From the IMG/VR virus record IMGVR_UViG_2648501498_000017, positions 1 through 8,570 of that record: DNA of 8,570 nt; one strand, 5' to 3'. This stretch comes from a virus. Lineage: Duplodnaviria; Heunggongvirae; Uroviricota; Caudoviricetes. Below, piece by piece: positions 7,175-8,570 of this stretch. The notes beneath the pieces were generated by a model. That model made no database searches. It had not been told where the DNA came from and worked only from the letters and a program-made list of their open reading frames with translations. Position 1 is the stretch's first letter. Each line of letters opens with the position of its first letter. Position numbers and translations under genes: made by a program.

Positions 7175-7396
7175 CTAATTAAGGTTTAGATTGCATTCTG
7201 AAAGCGCATCAACGGTCATTGCTGCTATGTTGATCATCACTTTTTCGCGTTTTTTATCTTTGCGCAGACGGTGACGGATAAGGCGTCCATCAGCCAACAT
7301 GTCATTGATGGTATCGATGGATAGCCCTGTCAGCTCGCTATAGCGTTCAATAGTCACATGAGGGGTGGTAAGAGTGATTGAAATGTTAGGTCTCAT
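7175..7396 (-). CDS. Apl/Cox-like small DNA-binding protein (excisionase/repressor of the lysogenic promoter), 73 aa
   Basis: Seen in sequence: first gene of the minus-strand operon, divergent from cI, with an HTH-like segment ([23 protein letters not shown]) and SD GAGGAA. Function inferred from position and size (186 Apl 87 aa, P2 Cox 91 aa). Confidence 0.6.
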   Translation of the reverse strand: MRPNISITLTTPHVTIERYSELTGLSIDTINDMLADGRLIRHRLRKDKKREKVMINIAAMTVDALSECNLNLN

Positions 7397-7468
7397 GATG
7401 CAACATTCCTCGTTTAATGATGATTAATCAGGACGAATACGGATCGTTTGTATTTTGTGAACACCATA

Positions 7469-7497
7469 AACATACGATCGCACAGTGAAATCGTCAA
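7469..7497 (-). promoter_or_regulatory. pR-like lytic promoter for the apl-cII...A operon
   Basis: Seen in sequence: on the minus strand, TTGACG (complement of 7492-7497), 17-nt spacer, TATGTT (complement of 7469-7474). It lies next to the cI start, as in the 186 face-to-face switch. A GATC (7476-7479) sits in the spacer. GTGAAC (7457-7462) and GTTCAC (7505-7510) flank it as an inverted repeat. Confidence 0.45.
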
Positions 7498-7521
7498 GAT
7501 AAAAGTTCACTTGGAGTGACC

Positions 7522-8091
7522 ATGAATTTGGAGAAAGGCGGACGAGGCGCTATAGAGCGCATGGTAGAAGCTTATGGATTCAAGACTCGACAGGCGTTGT
7601 GCGATCATTTAGGAATCTCTAAAAGTACACTCGCCACACGCTACATGCGTGACTCATTCCCAGCAGAATGGGTAATCCAGTGCGCCCTTGAAACAGGCAC
7701 CTCGCTTAATTGGCTCACAACCGGGCATGGTTCAAAGCAAACTTCAGGTAATACAAATACTATGGAAGTTGCTAAATATGTATTATCTGATGGGGCCTTG
7801 TGTGAAGACGGTTTTTATATTTTCGATAGAGAATTTCTACCGTCGGCATTCAAGAATCTTTTTGTAATCACAGATAATAATTCTGAATTTATTTGTGATA
7901 AGGAATTTGATGATATACGTGATGGTAAATGGGTAATAAGTATTGATGGCGAAATAACGATCCGTGACATTACTCGTTTACCCGGTGGAAGAATCTTCGT
8001 CGAGGGTGGAAACAGAGCCTTCGAGTGCAAGATAGAAGATGTTGAAATAATTGGGAAAATTATAAGTTTAACAATTAAGTACGTTAGGTAA
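7522..8091 (+). CDS. cI: 186-type CI immunity repressor (189 aa)
   Basis: Seen in sequence: N-terminal HTH region (GFKTRQALCDHLGISKSTLATRYMRDSFPAEWVIQCALETGTSLNWL) and a roughly 190-aa length typical of the 186 CI family (186 CI is 192 aa; P2 C is only 99 aa). Divergent from the apl operon. ATG at 7522 with GGAG 5 nt upstream; the GTG start at 7516 in the track is rejected. Confidence 0.85.
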   Translation: MNLEKGGRGAIERMVEAYGFKTRQALCDHLGISKSTLATRYMRDSFPAEWVIQCALETGTSLNWLTTGHGSKQTSGNTNTMEVAKYVLSDGALCEDGFYIFDREFLPSAFKNLFVITDNNSEFICDKEFDDIRDGKWVISIDGEITIRDITRLPGGRIFVEGGNRAFECKIEDVEIIGKIISLTIKYVR

Positions 8092-8106
8092 TACCGGGAG
8101 GAAACT

Positions 8107-8298
8107 ATGCTTGGTAAGGTATTTTTTGTGGTTTTATCATGCTCTTTGTTATTAAACCCACTAACTACCTATGCTAAAAATTATCCTTGTTCTGGGAAAA
8201 AGGGAGGTGTCTCTCACTGTACCTCCGATGGAAAGTTCGTTTGCAATGATGGAACTATTAGTAAATCAAAAAAAATCTGTACTAAAAACTCGCGATAA
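8107..8298 (+). CDS. Small predicted secreted protein with four cysteines (63 aa); moron-like gene after cI
   Basis: Seen in sequence: strong SD (GGGAGGAAACT) 15 nt after the cI stop. Hydrophobic N-terminal signal-peptide-like segment ([19 protein letters not shown]) followed by a 40-aa mature part with Cys at four spaced positions. Occupies the place where the integrase would be expected. Confidence 0.5.
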   Translation: MLGKVFFVVLSCSLLLNPLTTYAKNYPCSGKKGGVSHCTSDGKFVCNDGTISKSKKICTKNSR

Positions 8299-8478
8299 AT
8301 TTTGCTTTTATACCTGCGCCTAATATAACAATGAGCCGCAGGCTAACCGCAAAAGTCACATACTCACATAGCAAAAAATAGCTAACTTCATTATGGCTTC
8401 AGTGAGATGTATGGTCGCAGGATTTCATACATTGACACTGGTTATACATACAGTAAAAATGCTCTCTACTGGAGTAAT

Positions 8479-8510
8479 GCCAGTCAGTTAAGCAACTGAC
8501 TGGCTCTTTT
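8479..8510 (+). terminator. Rho-independent terminator
   Basis: Seen in sequence: perfect 10-bp stem CCAGTCAGTT (8479-8488), loop AAGC, AACTGACTGG (8493-8502), followed by CTCTTTTT. Confidence 0.65.
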
Positions 8511-8570
8511 TCGGGGCTGTGGGGTATTTCCAGGGCCTCTCCTTTACCACTCTCGGGAAGGCCCTTTCCC

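Noticed and set aside
6983-7189. 68-aa plus-strand ORF overlapping cII
   Set aside because: Antisense shadow of the CII frame.
7815-8030. 71-aa minus-strand ORF inside cI
   Set aside because: Antisense shadow of the CI frame.
8432-8460. Promoter-like TTGACA-17-TAAAAA immediately upstream of the 8479-8510 terminator
   Set aside because: It would give a transcript of only about 40 nt, and the -10 is weak. Kept as a note under findings, not called as a feature.
8511-8570. GC-rich sequence with a hairpin at the window end, considered as a possible tRNA or integration target
   Set aside because: No cloverleaf or T-arm consensus is discernible in the available bases, and the window ends mid-structure.
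1-8570. Search for CRISPR arrays, IS elements or transposase genes
   Set aside because: No regularly spaced direct repeats, terminal inverted repeats or transposase-like ORFs were seen.

Overview
The window reads as the early/immunity region of a coliphage 186-like (P2 family) prophage, reverse-complemented relative to the usual 186 map. All calls are from reading the sequence and recalled family knowledge; no database search was run. From right to left: a 186-type CI repressor (+ strand), a short switch region with a good minus-strand promoter, then a tightly packed minus-strand lytic operon (Apl/Cox-like, CII, two small overlapping genes, a 77-aa protein, a TraR/DksA zinc-finger protein, Dam methyltransferase, and the large gpA rolling-circle replication endonuclease). 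Left of gpA is a LexA-box-controlled two-ORF module resembling a split Tum antirepressor with a DinI-like second ORF. The leftmost ~1.5 kb is visibly AT-rich and holds the most interesting material: an unrecognised 177-aa gene on the opposite strand, a cos-like motif with a flanking hairpin, and a truncated AT-rich gene running off the left edge. This is the position of the known P2-family accessory hotspot between gene A and cos/portal, so these two unknown genes are the best candidates for a novel cargo or defence function, but I cannot assign either to a family. No rRNA, tRNA, CRISPR array or transposase was found. No integrase is present downstream of cI within the window.
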